Source: an uncultured Spirochaetota bacterium (GTDB taxonomy: Bacteria > Spirochaetota > Spirochaetia > SZUA-6 > Fen-1364). Taken from it: a stretch of DNA of 32,000 bases. The stretch covers positions 146,537 to 178,536 of the forward strand of contig CAVTHO010000006.1 of assembly GCA_963734545.1 (NCBI GenBank), in the 5' to 3' direction. The position numbers and the translations under genes were made by a program. Below the pieces are notes generated by a model, which saw nothing but the letters and a program-made list of their open reading frames with translations, was not told the DNA's origin and searched no databases. Position 1 is the first letter of the stretch; each line of letters opens with the position of its first letter. Below, one piece after another: positions 17,082 through 26,145 of this stretch.

Positions 17082-17851
17082 ATCACCTCGATGCCCGTGT
17101 CCTCGAGAGTCTTGCGGTCCGACTCGGAAATGTGGTCGGTGATGATGGTGTCCACGTCATCCGGTGAGGCAAACTGGGCAAAGGAGTTTCGCCCCAGCTT
17201 GGTGGCGTCGAAGAGCAGCACCACCTTTGCCGCAATGGACATCATGAGCTTCTTTGTTTCCGCGTGGCCGATGTCAGGGGTACTGGCTCCTTTTTCCAGG
17301 GAGAAGCTGTTCAGACCCATGAAGGCCTTGTCCACGGTGAGGCCGGCCAGCATATCCCTGCTGGACAGATCGTTGAAGACCGTGCAATGAAAACGCTTCC
17401 TGACGATCCCGCCGAGGAAGACGATCTTGACCGAATCCAGATCCTCCAGGAGCGAGGCAATTGCCAGGTCATTCGTGACTACCGTGATGTCCTGTCTCCT
17501 GTCGAGGAGCCGGGCGAGCTGCAGGATCGTGGAGCCGGTATCCAGAACGATCATGTCGCCGTCCTCGATCAGGGCAAGGGCCGCCTCCGCGATGGCGCGC
17601 TTGGCGGCAAGGTTCTGGACGCCGCGCGCCACCATGTCCTGCTCGTGACCCGTCTTGCTCTTGATCATTGCCCCGCCGTGCGTGCGCACGAGGAGGCCGG
17701 TGGCCTCCAGGTCCCGAAGGTCGTTCCTGATCGTGGCGCTGGACACGCGGAAAAGATCGCACAGCTCCACGACGGTGGCTTTGCGATGCGCGGCGATGTG
17801 CTCGAGGATTTTCTGCTTGCGCTCTTCGACGAACAAAACGCCGTTTGTCAT
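17045..17851 (-). CDS. DeoR-family transcriptional regulator (sugar-phosphate sensing C-terminal domain)
   Basis: Within ORF 17045..17986. The sensible start is ATG 17851 (MTNGVLFVEERKQKILEHI), 12 nt after the eda stop. HTH: ATVVELCDLFRVSSATIRNDLRDLE. DeoR C-terminal domain: IVLDTGSTILQLA, VVTNDL, LGGIVRK, DKAFMG. Confidence 0.88.
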   Translation of the reverse strand: MTNGVLFVEERKQKILEHIAAHRKATVVELCDLFRVSSATIRNDLRDLEATGLLVRTHGGAMIKSKTGHEQDMVARGVQNLAAKRAIAEAALALIEDGDMIVLDTGSTILQLARLLDRRQDITVVTNDLAIASLLEDLDSVKIVFLGGIVRKRFHCTVFNDLSSRDMLAGLTVDKAFMGLNSFSLEKGASTPDIGHAETKKLMMSIAAKVVLLFDATKLGRNSFAQFASPDDVDTIITDHISESDRKTLEDTGIEVIAADNPRNTAAP

Positions 17852-17862
17852 TCGCGGCGGCT

Positions 17863-18522
17863 CTATGCCTGAGCCCCCCGGGCCTTGCGCACGATCTCTA
17901 CTGCTGTCCGACAGTTCGCTCTGATCTGGTCCCATTTCTTCTCCGCGATCGCCTCCCGGGATGCGATCCAGGTCCCTCCCACGCACGCCACGGCATCAGA
18001 GGCAAGATAGTCGGGGAGATTCGCCGCGGTGACGCCGCCGGTCGGCATGAACCGCATCCCCGTATGCGCGTACGGAGCGGAAAGGGCCTTGATGACCTTC
18101 AGGCCGCCAAAGGCTTCCGCCGGGAAGTATTTCACGAGCTTCACCCCGGAGGCAAGTGCCTGCTCGATCTCGGAAGGGGTGATGACGCCCGGCACGAACG
18201 GGAAGCCGAGCCGCATGGCTTCCGCAAGGACATCCGGGTTCAGCCCGGGCGCCACGCCGAAGCGCGCGCCCGCGTCCTGTGCCTTGCGGAGGTTCTCCGC
18301 CGTCAGCACGGTACCCGCGCCCAGGATGAGCGCAGGCCGCTCCCGCGCGATCTTCGTGATGACCGCTGCCGCGGCCGCTGTACGGAAGGTGATCTCCGCA
18401 ACGGGCAGCCCGCCTTCGATCAGCGCGTCTGCCAGCGGCAGAGCCGCGTCCACCGAGTCGATCGCGATCACGGGCACGACCACGTACTTCGCAAGCGCGC
18501 CGAAGATCTCATCACCCATCAT
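17863..18522 (-). CDS. eda: 2-keto-3-deoxy-6-phosphogluconate / 4-hydroxy-2-oxoglutarate aldolase
   Basis: Intact 219-aa ORF with a GGGAGG Shine-Dalgarno. VVPVIAIDS, GGLPVAEITFRT, ILGAGTVL, FVPGVITPSEI, VKYFPAE and RFMPTGGV are the canonical Eda pattern (Lys in VKYFPA). Confidence 0.9.
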   Translation of the reverse strand: MMGDEIFGALAKYVVVPVIAIDSVDAALPLADALIEGGLPVAEITFRTAAAAAVITKIARERPALILGAGTVLTAENLRKAQDAGARFGVAPGLNPDVLAEAMRLGFPFVPGVITPSEIEQALASGVKLVKYFPAEAFGGLKVIKALSAPYAHTGMRFMPTGGVTAANLPDYLASDAVACVGGTWIASREAIAEKKWDQIRANCRTAVEIVRKARGAQA

Positions 18523-18546
18523 TGCTTCACCTCCCGATGCAAGAGC

Positions 18547-18804
18547 TCATCCTCCTGAAAGCAGGGGAAAAAGGGCGATCTCGTCGCCGTCATGCAGCTC
18601 GGCGGCCAGCCCCTGCGGCACCTGGTTCCACCCGTAGCCGTTCAACGTGCTCATGAGCGAGGGATCGGGCACGACGATGCCGTAGGTGAGCTTCAGCCAG
18701 CTCGCCACGGCGGCCAGCGTGCTCCCCGCGGGCAGGCGCAGATCGTCCGCGCGCGTGCCGGTCTTCTCGCGCACCGCGGAGAGGTAGCGGACCCGGACAG
18801 TCAC
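18547..18804 (-). CDS. MoaD/ThiS-family small sulfur-carrier-like protein
   Basis: 85-aa ORF (GTG start as listed in the ORF track) with a beta-grasp-like pattern: VRVRYLSAVREKTG ... LHDGDEIALFPLLSGG. It ends in the diagnostic C-terminal Gly-Gly and lies directly downstream of the AOR gene. Confidence 0.75.
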   Translation of the reverse strand: MTVRVRYLSAVREKTGTRADDLRLPAGSTLAAVASWLKLTYGIVVPDPSLMSTLNGYGWNQVPQGLAAELHDGDEIALFPLLSGG

Positions 18805-18822
18805 CTCCGCGGCCGCGCCGCC

Positions 18823-18875
18823 GTACGGGTACTCCCCGAACGGGTACTCCCGTACCGGCGGATTTTGCGCCGCCG
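18823..18875. repeat. Hairpin-repeat element in the AOR-moaD-like spacer
   Basis: GTACGGGTACTCCCCGAACGGGTACTCCCGTACCGGCGGATTTTGCGCCGCCG. The first 33 nt are near-identical to 16294-16328. It has the internal direct repeat ACGGGTACTCCC x2 and the outer palindrome GTACGGG...CCCGTAC. Confidence 0.8.
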
Positions 18876-18876
18876 T

Positions 18877-20703
18877 TCATGCCAGCAGCTCCTTCAGTCC
18901 CCATTTCTCCTTTGTGTCCTCCGTGACCACGCCGTCGGAGTCCCAGCCGCGAAGGGCATAGTACTCGTCCAGCATCACGTCGTACATCTCCTCGGTGAGG
19001 ATCCTGCCCTTGGTCGGGCCGCTCGGGAGGGCCTCCTTCGTGATCCGCTCGGGCAGAAGATCGTCCTTGCGCCGGATGCCTTCCCGGTTGAGGATGACGC
19101 GCTCCATGCTGTAGATCCTCTGCGCGATCTCCATGAGCCGCGGGGTGAACGGGTAGCCCGTCACCGCTTCCAGCACCTCGCCCGTGGGAGTCTCGGAGAA
19201 CCCGAAGGCCCCGCGCACCACCGTGCACATGCCGATGCTGTCCACGTAGGCGCGGCTGTCCTGGGCGCTCTTCACCAGCGCGCCCTTGCCCTCGAGCGCG
19301 TACCGGTCGTACTTGCCGCTCTGCAGCTCCGCGCGGATGGTCCATCCGCCCACGTTGTGGCAGGCCCCGCGATTGGAGGTGCCGTTGGTGAGACCGTTGC
19401 CGGTGAAACCCCGCGGATCGTAGGCGGCGAACGGCATGCCCTTCACGTCGAGGATGAAGCGCTTCCATTCCGGCTTCGCGCGCTTCACCCCGTACATGCC
19501 CTCGGCCAGGAGGTCTCCGATGCCGCTGCGCGCCGCGATGAGCTCGATGATCCCGAGGAGAGCGTCGGGGTTTCCGAACCGCGCATCGATGCCCATCGTG
19601 TCCTTCTTCGTGATCAGGCCCTTCTCGTAGAGCTCCATGGTGAGCGCCACCGCGTTGCCCGCGGACATGGTGTCCAGCCCCAGCTCGTCGCAGAGCTGGT
19701 TGGCCTTCACGATGGCGGCGAAATCCGAGATGCCGCAGTTGGGACCGAGGAGGCCCACCGTCTCGAACTCGGTGCGCGCCCGCGCGCCGGCGTAGGGACC
19801 CTCCTTCACCACGCACATCTTGCCGCACGCCACGGTGCACCGGTAGCAGGCGTAGTTCTTCTGCAAGTAGTGCTCCACCATCGCGTGGGCGTCGATCTTG
19901 TCGCACTCCTCGAAGAAGCGCGGTCTGGAAGTTGCGGGTGGGCATGCAGCCGAGGGTGTTGAGCGGCTCGATGTACTGCGGCGTGCCGAACTTGGTGTGA
20001 TTGGCCCGCGAGGTCTTCAGGTCGGCCACCGCCGCCTTCCGGATGTCCGCCACTTTGTCCGGGTCCGCCAGGGTGATGTCTCCCGTGCCCTTCACGATGA
20101 TGCCCTTGAGGTTCTTCGAGCCCATGACCGCGCCGGGTCCGCCGCGGCCGAATGCGCGCTCGTCCACGTTGATGTAGGAGATGCGCACAAGGCGCTCTCC
20201 CGCGGGGCCGATGGCCATCGCGCCCGGCCTTGGTCTCCGCCGAAGGCCTTCCGCATCTCCTCGAGGGTCTTCCCCGAGGCGAATCCCTTCCAGGGCCGCG
20301 CGTCGTGGAACTCCAGCGTCCCGTCCTTGAGGGAGAGCCAGGTCAGCTCCGTCGCCTTGCCTTCCACGATCAGCCCGTCGAAGCCGGCCTGCTTCAGCTG
20401 CGGTCCGAAGTCCCCGCCGCAGTTCGAGCAGAGGTACATCCGGGTCTCGGGTGACTTGGTGGCGAGCTGGAACTTCGTCGTGGACACCAGCGGCGTGCCG
20501 GTGAGGGGGCCGGTCATGAAGAAGATCTTGTTCTCCGCCGCCAGCGCGTCCACGCCGGGGCCGATCTCGTCGTAGTAGTACTTGGCCGCGATGCCGCGGC
20601 CGCCCAGGAGCAGCCTGACCTCGTTTTCCTTGAGCGGCTCCACCGACGTCGTGCGCGTGGTCAGGTTCACGCGCATCACCTTGCCGCAATATCCCTTCAG
20701 CAT
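18877..20703 (-). CDS. aor: Tungsten-type aldehyde:ferredoxin oxidoreductase (AOR family); two frame switches in this assembly
   Basis: N-terminal domain from ATG 20703: MLKGYCGKVMRVNLTT, LGGRGIAAKYYY, FFMTGPLTGT. Middle section in another frame: AIGPAGERLVRISYINVDERAFGRGGPGAVMGSKNLKGIIVKG, MPTRNFQT. C-terminal 334 aa (ORF 18877..19881): CYRCTVACGKM, CDELGLDT, YDPRG, NRGACHN, YYALRGWD. Frame switches near 20228 and 19915. Confidence 0.85.
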
Positions 20704-20747
20704 GCCTTGTCCTCTCTCGTGGGGCCGCCTTGCCCCTTCTCCCGTGA

Positions 20748-21688
20748 TTATGTCCGTGCCGCAAGCGCGGCGAGCAGATTGTCCACCGCCGCGCGGGTTG
20801 CCCTGGAAACGCTTTCCGCCGTGTAGGCCCCGATGTGCGGCGTGCTGATGACGCGCTCGTGCGCAAGGAGCGGGCTCGGCATCCGGCGGCTCCTTGTCGT
20901 AGGCGTCCACCGCGTAGCCCGCCAGCCTTCCGTCCTCGAGCGGCTTCGAGCGACGCGCCGCGTCGTCCACCAGCCCCGCGCGCGCCGTGTTGATCAGGCC
21001 GCGCGCCCTTCTTCATGAGGGCGAGCGCCGCCGCGTCGATGAGCGGCTTTTCCCCGGGTGCGTGCGGGCAGTGCAGGGTCACGATGTCGGAGGCGGCCAG
21101 CAGATCGCCCGCGCCGGCGTAGCGGAAGCCCGGGGAGGGCGCATAATCGACATCCGGGATACGCGTCGTAGCCCGATGACCTTCATGTCCATGGCCAGGC
21201 GCGAAGCGCGTCACGAGCCTGCCGATCCTGCCCGTGCCGATCACGCCGAGGGTCCTGCCCTCCAGCTCGGCGCCCTGCTGCCGCTCCCAGCCCCCTGCCT
21301 TCATTCGCGCGTCGCTCCAGGGGATGGAGCGCAGGAGGGACAGCATGAGCGCGAGCGTGAGCTCCGCCACCCCGCGCGCGTTGGCGCCTTCGGCGCGGAG
21401 CACCAGGATCCCGCGCCGCTCGCAGGCGGCCAGGTCGATCGAATCCACGCCCGTGCCATTCCGGCTGATGGCCTTCAGGTCCGTGGCCCTTGCCAGCACC
21501 GCGTCCGTTATCTTCTCCACGCCTGCCAGCCACCCGACGCAGCCGGGCAGCAGGCGGATCAGCTCCTCCTCGTCGGGGGACTTGCCCGGCGTGCAGAACA
21601 CGACCTCGTAGCCCGCATTCCGCAGGAGGTCGAGCGCCGGGTCCCCCTCTTTCGTGAGGGAGCGCGGCGTGACGAGGATCTTCGCCAT
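20748..21688 (-). CDS. D-isomer-specific 2-hydroxyacid dehydrogenase (glycerate/phosphoglycerate dehydrogenase-like); several frame switches
   Basis: N-terminus of ORF 18590..21697: MAKILVTPRSL, NGTGVDSIDL, GRTLGVIGTGRIGRLV (NAD fold). The continuation is recoverable only by frame hopping: LAMDMKVIGYDAYPDVDY, IVTLHCPHAPGEKPLIDAAALALMKKGA, LINTARAGLVDDAA, GYAVDAYDKEPP, LLAHERVISTPHIGAYTAES. It ends at TAA 20748-20750. GTG 21697 is an alternative start. Confidence 0.78.
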
Positions 21689-21693
21689 CGGAC

Positions 21694-22290
21694 TCACGCC
21701 CCTTTCGAGCTGACGATCTCTACCTTGCCCGCGCGCTTGAACACGCGCACGGGAAAGCCTTCCTTTTCGATGTCGCCGTAGTTGTGGCCCGCCTCCCCCG
21801 GGTAGACGCAGAAGCGAGATCAGGGGCTCGTCGCCCGGTGTTCACCGTGCGATGGGCCCAGAGCGGGGGGACGTAGCACCATGCGCCCGGGCAGGAACCG
21901 CTCTACGCGCTTTCCCCCGTGGCGAGCTTCATCAGCATGTAGCCCTTCGCCGCGCAGGCACAGGTAGATCTCCGCGGTTCCCGCCACCTGGTGGTAGTGG
22001 CCCTTTGTCATGAAGCATTCCCCGCCGACGGTGCCGGGGTAGGTCTTGCTGAGGCAGAACTGCAGCTGCCCGGTCTCCTCGGGGATCTTCATCTCGAAGA
22101 CCTCGTAGTGCACCGGGTCTCCCTGGGCCACGAGCGCCTCCAGCGCCTTCGCGTCCTTGTAGTGGCCCCGCATGCTCGACGCGAGCCGGACGTGTGGACC
22201 TGCGGGATTCTTCATGATCCCGTGCACGAGGTCGAAATCCACGCCGAACGGCATGACCAGCCTGTTGAGCGTGTCGGTGTTTTCTTTCAT
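21694..22290 (-). CDS. Cupin-type glucose-6-phosphate isomerase (cPGI, archaeal-type); frame switches near 21950-21850
   Basis: From ATG 22290: PFGVDFDL, VHYEVFE, YPGTVGGECFMTKGHYH, AEIYLCLRGEG. After frame correction: YMLMKLATGES, VYVPPLWAHRTVNTGDEPLISFCVYPGEAGHNYGDIEKEGF. From memory, this closely parallels the Pyrococcus cPGI signature (TKGHFH ... VYVPPYWAHRTVNIGDEP ... AGHDYG). Confidence 0.8.
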
Positions 22291-23820
22291 TGTTCTTCCT
22301 TTCTCCTCTTCCGCCCAGCGATTCATCGATGCCAGCAGCGACATGTAGCGCTCGGTCCTGCGCCGGCACATCGGCGCGCGCCGCGGATCCGGCTCGGTGA
22401 CCGCTCCGGTGCGAATCCACTTTGCGGCGGCAGCCTCGATGTCCTCGAGCACACCCACCCCGCTGCCCGCCAGGAGCGCGGAGCCGAGGGGCGCGCCTCC
22501 CGCGCCCATGACCTGCACGATCGGGACGCCCAGCGTGTCAGCCTTTATCCGGTTCCAGACCGCGCTCTTCTCTCCGCCGCCGGTGACGCGCACCTCGGCG
22601 ACAGTGCCCGCGCCGAAGAGCTTCTCCAGCGTGCGCAGGTAGATGCCGTATTCCAGCGCCACCCCTTCCAGCACGGCGCGATAGAGGTGCCCGGGGCCGT
22701 GACTCCACGTGAGACCCACCCATGCGCCTCGAAGGTGAGGCTGGCTGGGACTGACCCGGCCGCCGAGATGCGGGATGAAGAAGGGATCGTCCTCGGCGGG
22801 CGTCACCGCTTCCGCCATCTCGTTCAGCCGCGGGAAGTCCGCCGCCTGTCCGGCCGCCGCGAAGGCGCCGGCAAGCTGCTCGCGGAACCACTCCAGGTTC
22901 ATGCCGCCGCCGTTGATGTACGCGTAGGGGTGCCAGAGCCCGGGGATCGCCGAGCGGCCGCAGCTCAGGATCATGTCCTCCTCGTCGGCGCGGAAGTCCG
23001 CCGTGGTCGCGGCAAAGACCGACGCGGTGCCGGCAACGTCCACGCAGATGCCGGGCCGGGTGGCCCCGCAGGAGAGGAAGCTCGCGGCCGTGTCCCCGCA
23101 GCCGGCCACGACGGGCGTTCCTGCCGGAACGCCGCAGCGCGCGGCCATTTCCGCGGTCAGCTCACCGACCACCTCCCGGGACGCCACGATACGCGGCAGC
23201 ACGGCAGGATCGACTCCGAAGTCGCCTGCAGAGCGTCGGGTCCCACGCTCCCGCCCTGCTGTCGGCGAAGCCGGAGAAATGCAGGTAGCTCCTGTCGATG
23301 AACGCGCGCGAGCCGTCCATGCCGCACAGACGCATGACGGCGTAGCCGCCGGGTGCACGAAGGAGCGTATCTTGCGGTACGTCTCGGGCCGTTCGTTCTT
23401 CCACCAGAGGATCTTGGGCCCGTGGTTGAAGCTGGGCGGGCCGCCGGCCTTGCGCACGATTCTCCGGCCCGCGTCCTTCTGCATGCGCTCGATCCACGGG
23501 GCGCAGCGCGTGTCCAGCCACGAGTCGTAGGGCGTGACGTTTCTCCCGTCTTCACCCACCCCGATGATCCCCGCCATCTGGCCGTCGATGGAGAGGGCAC
23601 AGACCGACCCCGCACCGGATGCCTTTGCCGCGCACTCGGCAATGACCTCGCACGTGGAGCGGAGCTGCTGCTCGGGATCCTCCTCCACCACGCCCGGCGC
23701 GGGCCGGTGCAGGTCGGACTTGCGGAAGGCCTCTCCCCGGCAGCGGCCCTCCGCGTCGTAGACGGCCGCCTTGACCCCCTGGGTCCCGATATCGACGCCG
23801 ACGAAAAGCTTGCTGCTCAT
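22291..23820 (-). CDS. FGGY-family carbohydrate kinase (xylulokinase-like); compensating frame switches; no stop before cPGI
   Basis: ORF 21820..23820 N-terminus: KLFVGVDIGTQGVKAAVYD, LSIDGQMAG, PKILWWKNERPE. The middle section is recovered from another frame: GGYAVMRLCGMDGSRAFIDRSYLHFSGFAD. It then returns to frame: GCGDTAASFLSCG, VTGGGEKSAVWNRIKADTLGVPI, GAPLGSALLAG. The frame runs straight into the cPGI ATG. Confidence 0.82.
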
Positions 23821-24861
23821 GCGAACTCGATGACGTTCTTCAGGCCCCTGCCCGACATGACCTGCTCGAAGGAGGCGCGGATCCCGTCCAGGGGCGTGCT
23901 CATGGTGACGAGGTCCTTCACGACCAGCCGTCCCGAGGCCACCAGCGCGAGGGTCTGCCGGTACTGGATGAGGCTCTGGCGCGAGGTGCCCGTGATCGTG
24001 ATCTGTTTGTAGTGCACGAGGTTCGTGTCCAGCGGCACCTTGCTCTTTCCCTCCGGCAGCCCGCCGAAGAACATGACACGGCCGTTCACGCCGACCACCT
24101 CCAGGGCGAGAACCTGCGCATCTGCGGACGGCGCCGCGGTGATGCAGACGCTCACGCCTTTGCCCGCGGTGAGCGCGGAAAGGCGTTCCTTCAGCCCTTC
24201 GCTTTCCAGGGTGATGATGGCCGGCTCCACCTTCCGGCAGAGGGAGAGGCGCTCGGCGCTCAGGTCGTTCATGAAGACCTTTGCGGCGCCGGCCATGAGG
24301 GCAACCTTCGCATGCATGAGACCGATAGGCCCTGCGCCGATGACCAGCACCGTGTCACCGGGGACAATGGCGATTCTCTGGAACGCGTTGTAGACGCAGG
24401 CCAGCGGCTCGACCAGGGCGGCGGACACGAAGTCCCCCCCTTCGGGGATCAGGAGCGAGATTGCCCTGGGACACCGCCTCCCGGGGGATCTTCATGAAGG
24501 GGGCAAACCCGCCCGGGATGTTGATGCCAAAGGCCTTGTAGGTGGCGCACATCTGGGTGTTGCCGCTCACGCACTGGTCGCAGACGCCGCAGCCCATGTT
24601 GGGGGCCACGGCCACGGCCATGCCCGGGCGGTACCCGTTCACGTCGGGGCCCACTGACTCGACGACGCCGCTCACCTCGTGCCCGAGCACGAGCGGGCTG
24701 CCGGGCGTGGCGCCGCGCGCGCCGTTTCGGAACATGCGGATGTCGGTGCCGCAGATCGCCGCCGCCTTCACTTTGAGAAGTACTTCCCCTGTCCCGATCA
24801 CGGGAACCGGTATGTCCTCCATCCTGAGGTCTTCCTTCCCGTACAGCAGCGCCGCCCGCAT
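23817..24861 (-). CDS. Zinc-dependent medium-chain alcohol/polyol dehydrogenase (sorbitol/threonine dehydrogenase-like); one frame switch near 24440
   Basis: N-terminal half within ORF 24355..25875: MRAALLYGKEDLRMEDIPVP, ICGTDIRM, GHEVSGVVESVG, CGVCDQCVSGNTQMC. C-terminal half (ORF 23817..24428): EPLACVYNA, VLVIGAGPIGLMHA. Its stop overlaps the FGGY start (ATGA). Confidence 0.85.
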
Positions 24862-24890
24862 AGTGAATCCGCCGGGTACGTCGATGCTCT

Positions 24891-25933
24891 TCACGCCTTT
24901 CTCCCTTCCACCCGCATCGGCGCGCGCTCGACGATCGAGCGGTTCCCCGCGTTCACCACGGCAACCGCCATCCTGCCGTCGATGCCGCGCACGCGCGGCT
25001 CCCTTCCGTCGAGGATGCAGTCCACGAAGTCCTGGTCCTCCGCGGTAGTACGCTTCGGTGAACAGGGTGCGCCAGCTCTTCACGAAGGATCGGACGGTTC
25101 CCTTTGCCGTGGAGCAGCCTACGACCGAATCCTGCTCCGTCCTGCCGACGAACATCACGCCGCGCGTGCCCACGATCTCCATGCGCGCGTCGTACCCGTA
25201 GCCCACGGAGACGGCCCCGTCGATGAACCCCTGCCTGCCGTCCGCGAACCGGCAGACCATGGACACGTTGTCGTAGAAGTCGGGGTATTTCTGCGCCGCC
25301 TGCGGGCAGCGAAAGTTCCCGCCCAGCGCGTAGACTTCCTCGATCTCGCTTCCGACGAACCAGCGCGCCGCGTCGATGTCGTGGCTGTTGACCTCGGCCA
25401 GGGGGCCGTTGCTCGTGCGGATGTCGTACATCCATTCCTGGGGCACGCTCGGCCCGTGGGTGAGGGATTTCACGAGCACCACGTCACCGATTTCCCCTGC
25501 GTCGATGCGCTCCTTGGCCGCGCAGAAGCTTTCGTCGTAGCGGCGCATGAAGGCGACCTGGAGCCTGACACCGGCCTTGTCGCATGCCTGGATCATTGCA
25601 TCACATTCGGCCACATCCATGGCCATGGGTTTTTCGCAGAGTACGTGCTTGCCGGCGCGTGCCGCCTGTATCACGACGTCACGATGAAGGGCCGTCGGGG
25701 TCACGACCACAACCGCGTGGACTTTCGGGTCTGCCAGTGCCTCCCGATAGTCCGCGTAGGCTGTTTCCACCTCCAGCTCCTTCCGCGCCTCCTCCAGTGT
25801 CGGGGCGTGGGCATCCACGAGGGCTGAGAGCCTGCCGCGGCTCACCCCGCGGGCGAAGTTCCGAGCGTGGATCATACCGGCCCTGCCCGGCCCCGATCAC
25901 GCATACGCCGATCTTCCTCTCGTCTCTTGGCAT
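24891..25933 (-). CDS. Gfo/Idh/MocA-family NAD(P)-dependent oxidoreductase; frame switches near 25880 and 25050
   Basis: Start ATG 25933 with an AGGAGAG Shine-Dalgarno: MPRDERKIGVCVIGAG, then (next frame) RAGMIHARNFA. Also HVLCEKPMA, LQVAFMRRYD, EVNSHDIDAARWF. The corrected C-terminus YYREDQDFVDCILDGREPRVRGIDGRMAVAVVNAGNRS ends at TGA 24891-24893. Confidence 0.82.
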
Positions 25934-26145
25934 TAGAAGATACTCTCCTGTCCTCTTGCGCCCGTGTGGATACTACATTTTATCAGTATGAGTGTGCCAG
26001 TTTTTTGTTTTCTGTCAAGTATTACCTTTTGCTATTATATCATTTCAAATAAAACCTTGACAAATAGGACATCATGATGTTACGATCGCTAAGCTCTAAA
26101 CGTCGTGACGTCGTTACCAAGGCAAGAAAAGCGGAGCTGCAACTG
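25934..26145. promoter_or_regulatory. AT-rich divergent control region between the two sugar operons
   Basis: This is the only long AT-rich stretch in the window. + strand: TTGACA (26057-26062), 18 nt, TACGAT (26081-26086), with the perfect 10-bp palindrome CATCATGATG (26070-26079) in the spacer. Minus strand: TTGACA (26018-26013) and a TAAAAT-like element. GATACT occurs at 25939 and 25969, and the partial inverted copy AGTAT at 25985. Confidence 0.45.

Noticed and set aside
18590-21697. 1035-aa minus-strand ORF apparently spanning the dehydrogenase, AOR and moaD region
   Set aside because: Only its first ~170 aa (2-hydroxyacid dehydrogenase N-terminus) and a middle ~110 aa (AOR segment) are real protein sequence. 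The rest is out-of-frame read-through created by frame switches. It is not a fusion protein.
24862-24890. GTACCCGGCGGATTCAC (minus strand) in the Gfo/ADH spacer, resembling the GTACCGGCGGATTTTGCG part of the 18823-18875 repeat
   Set aside because: The match is only about 13 nt in a GC-rich background, without the hairpin modules. It is too short to distinguish from chance.
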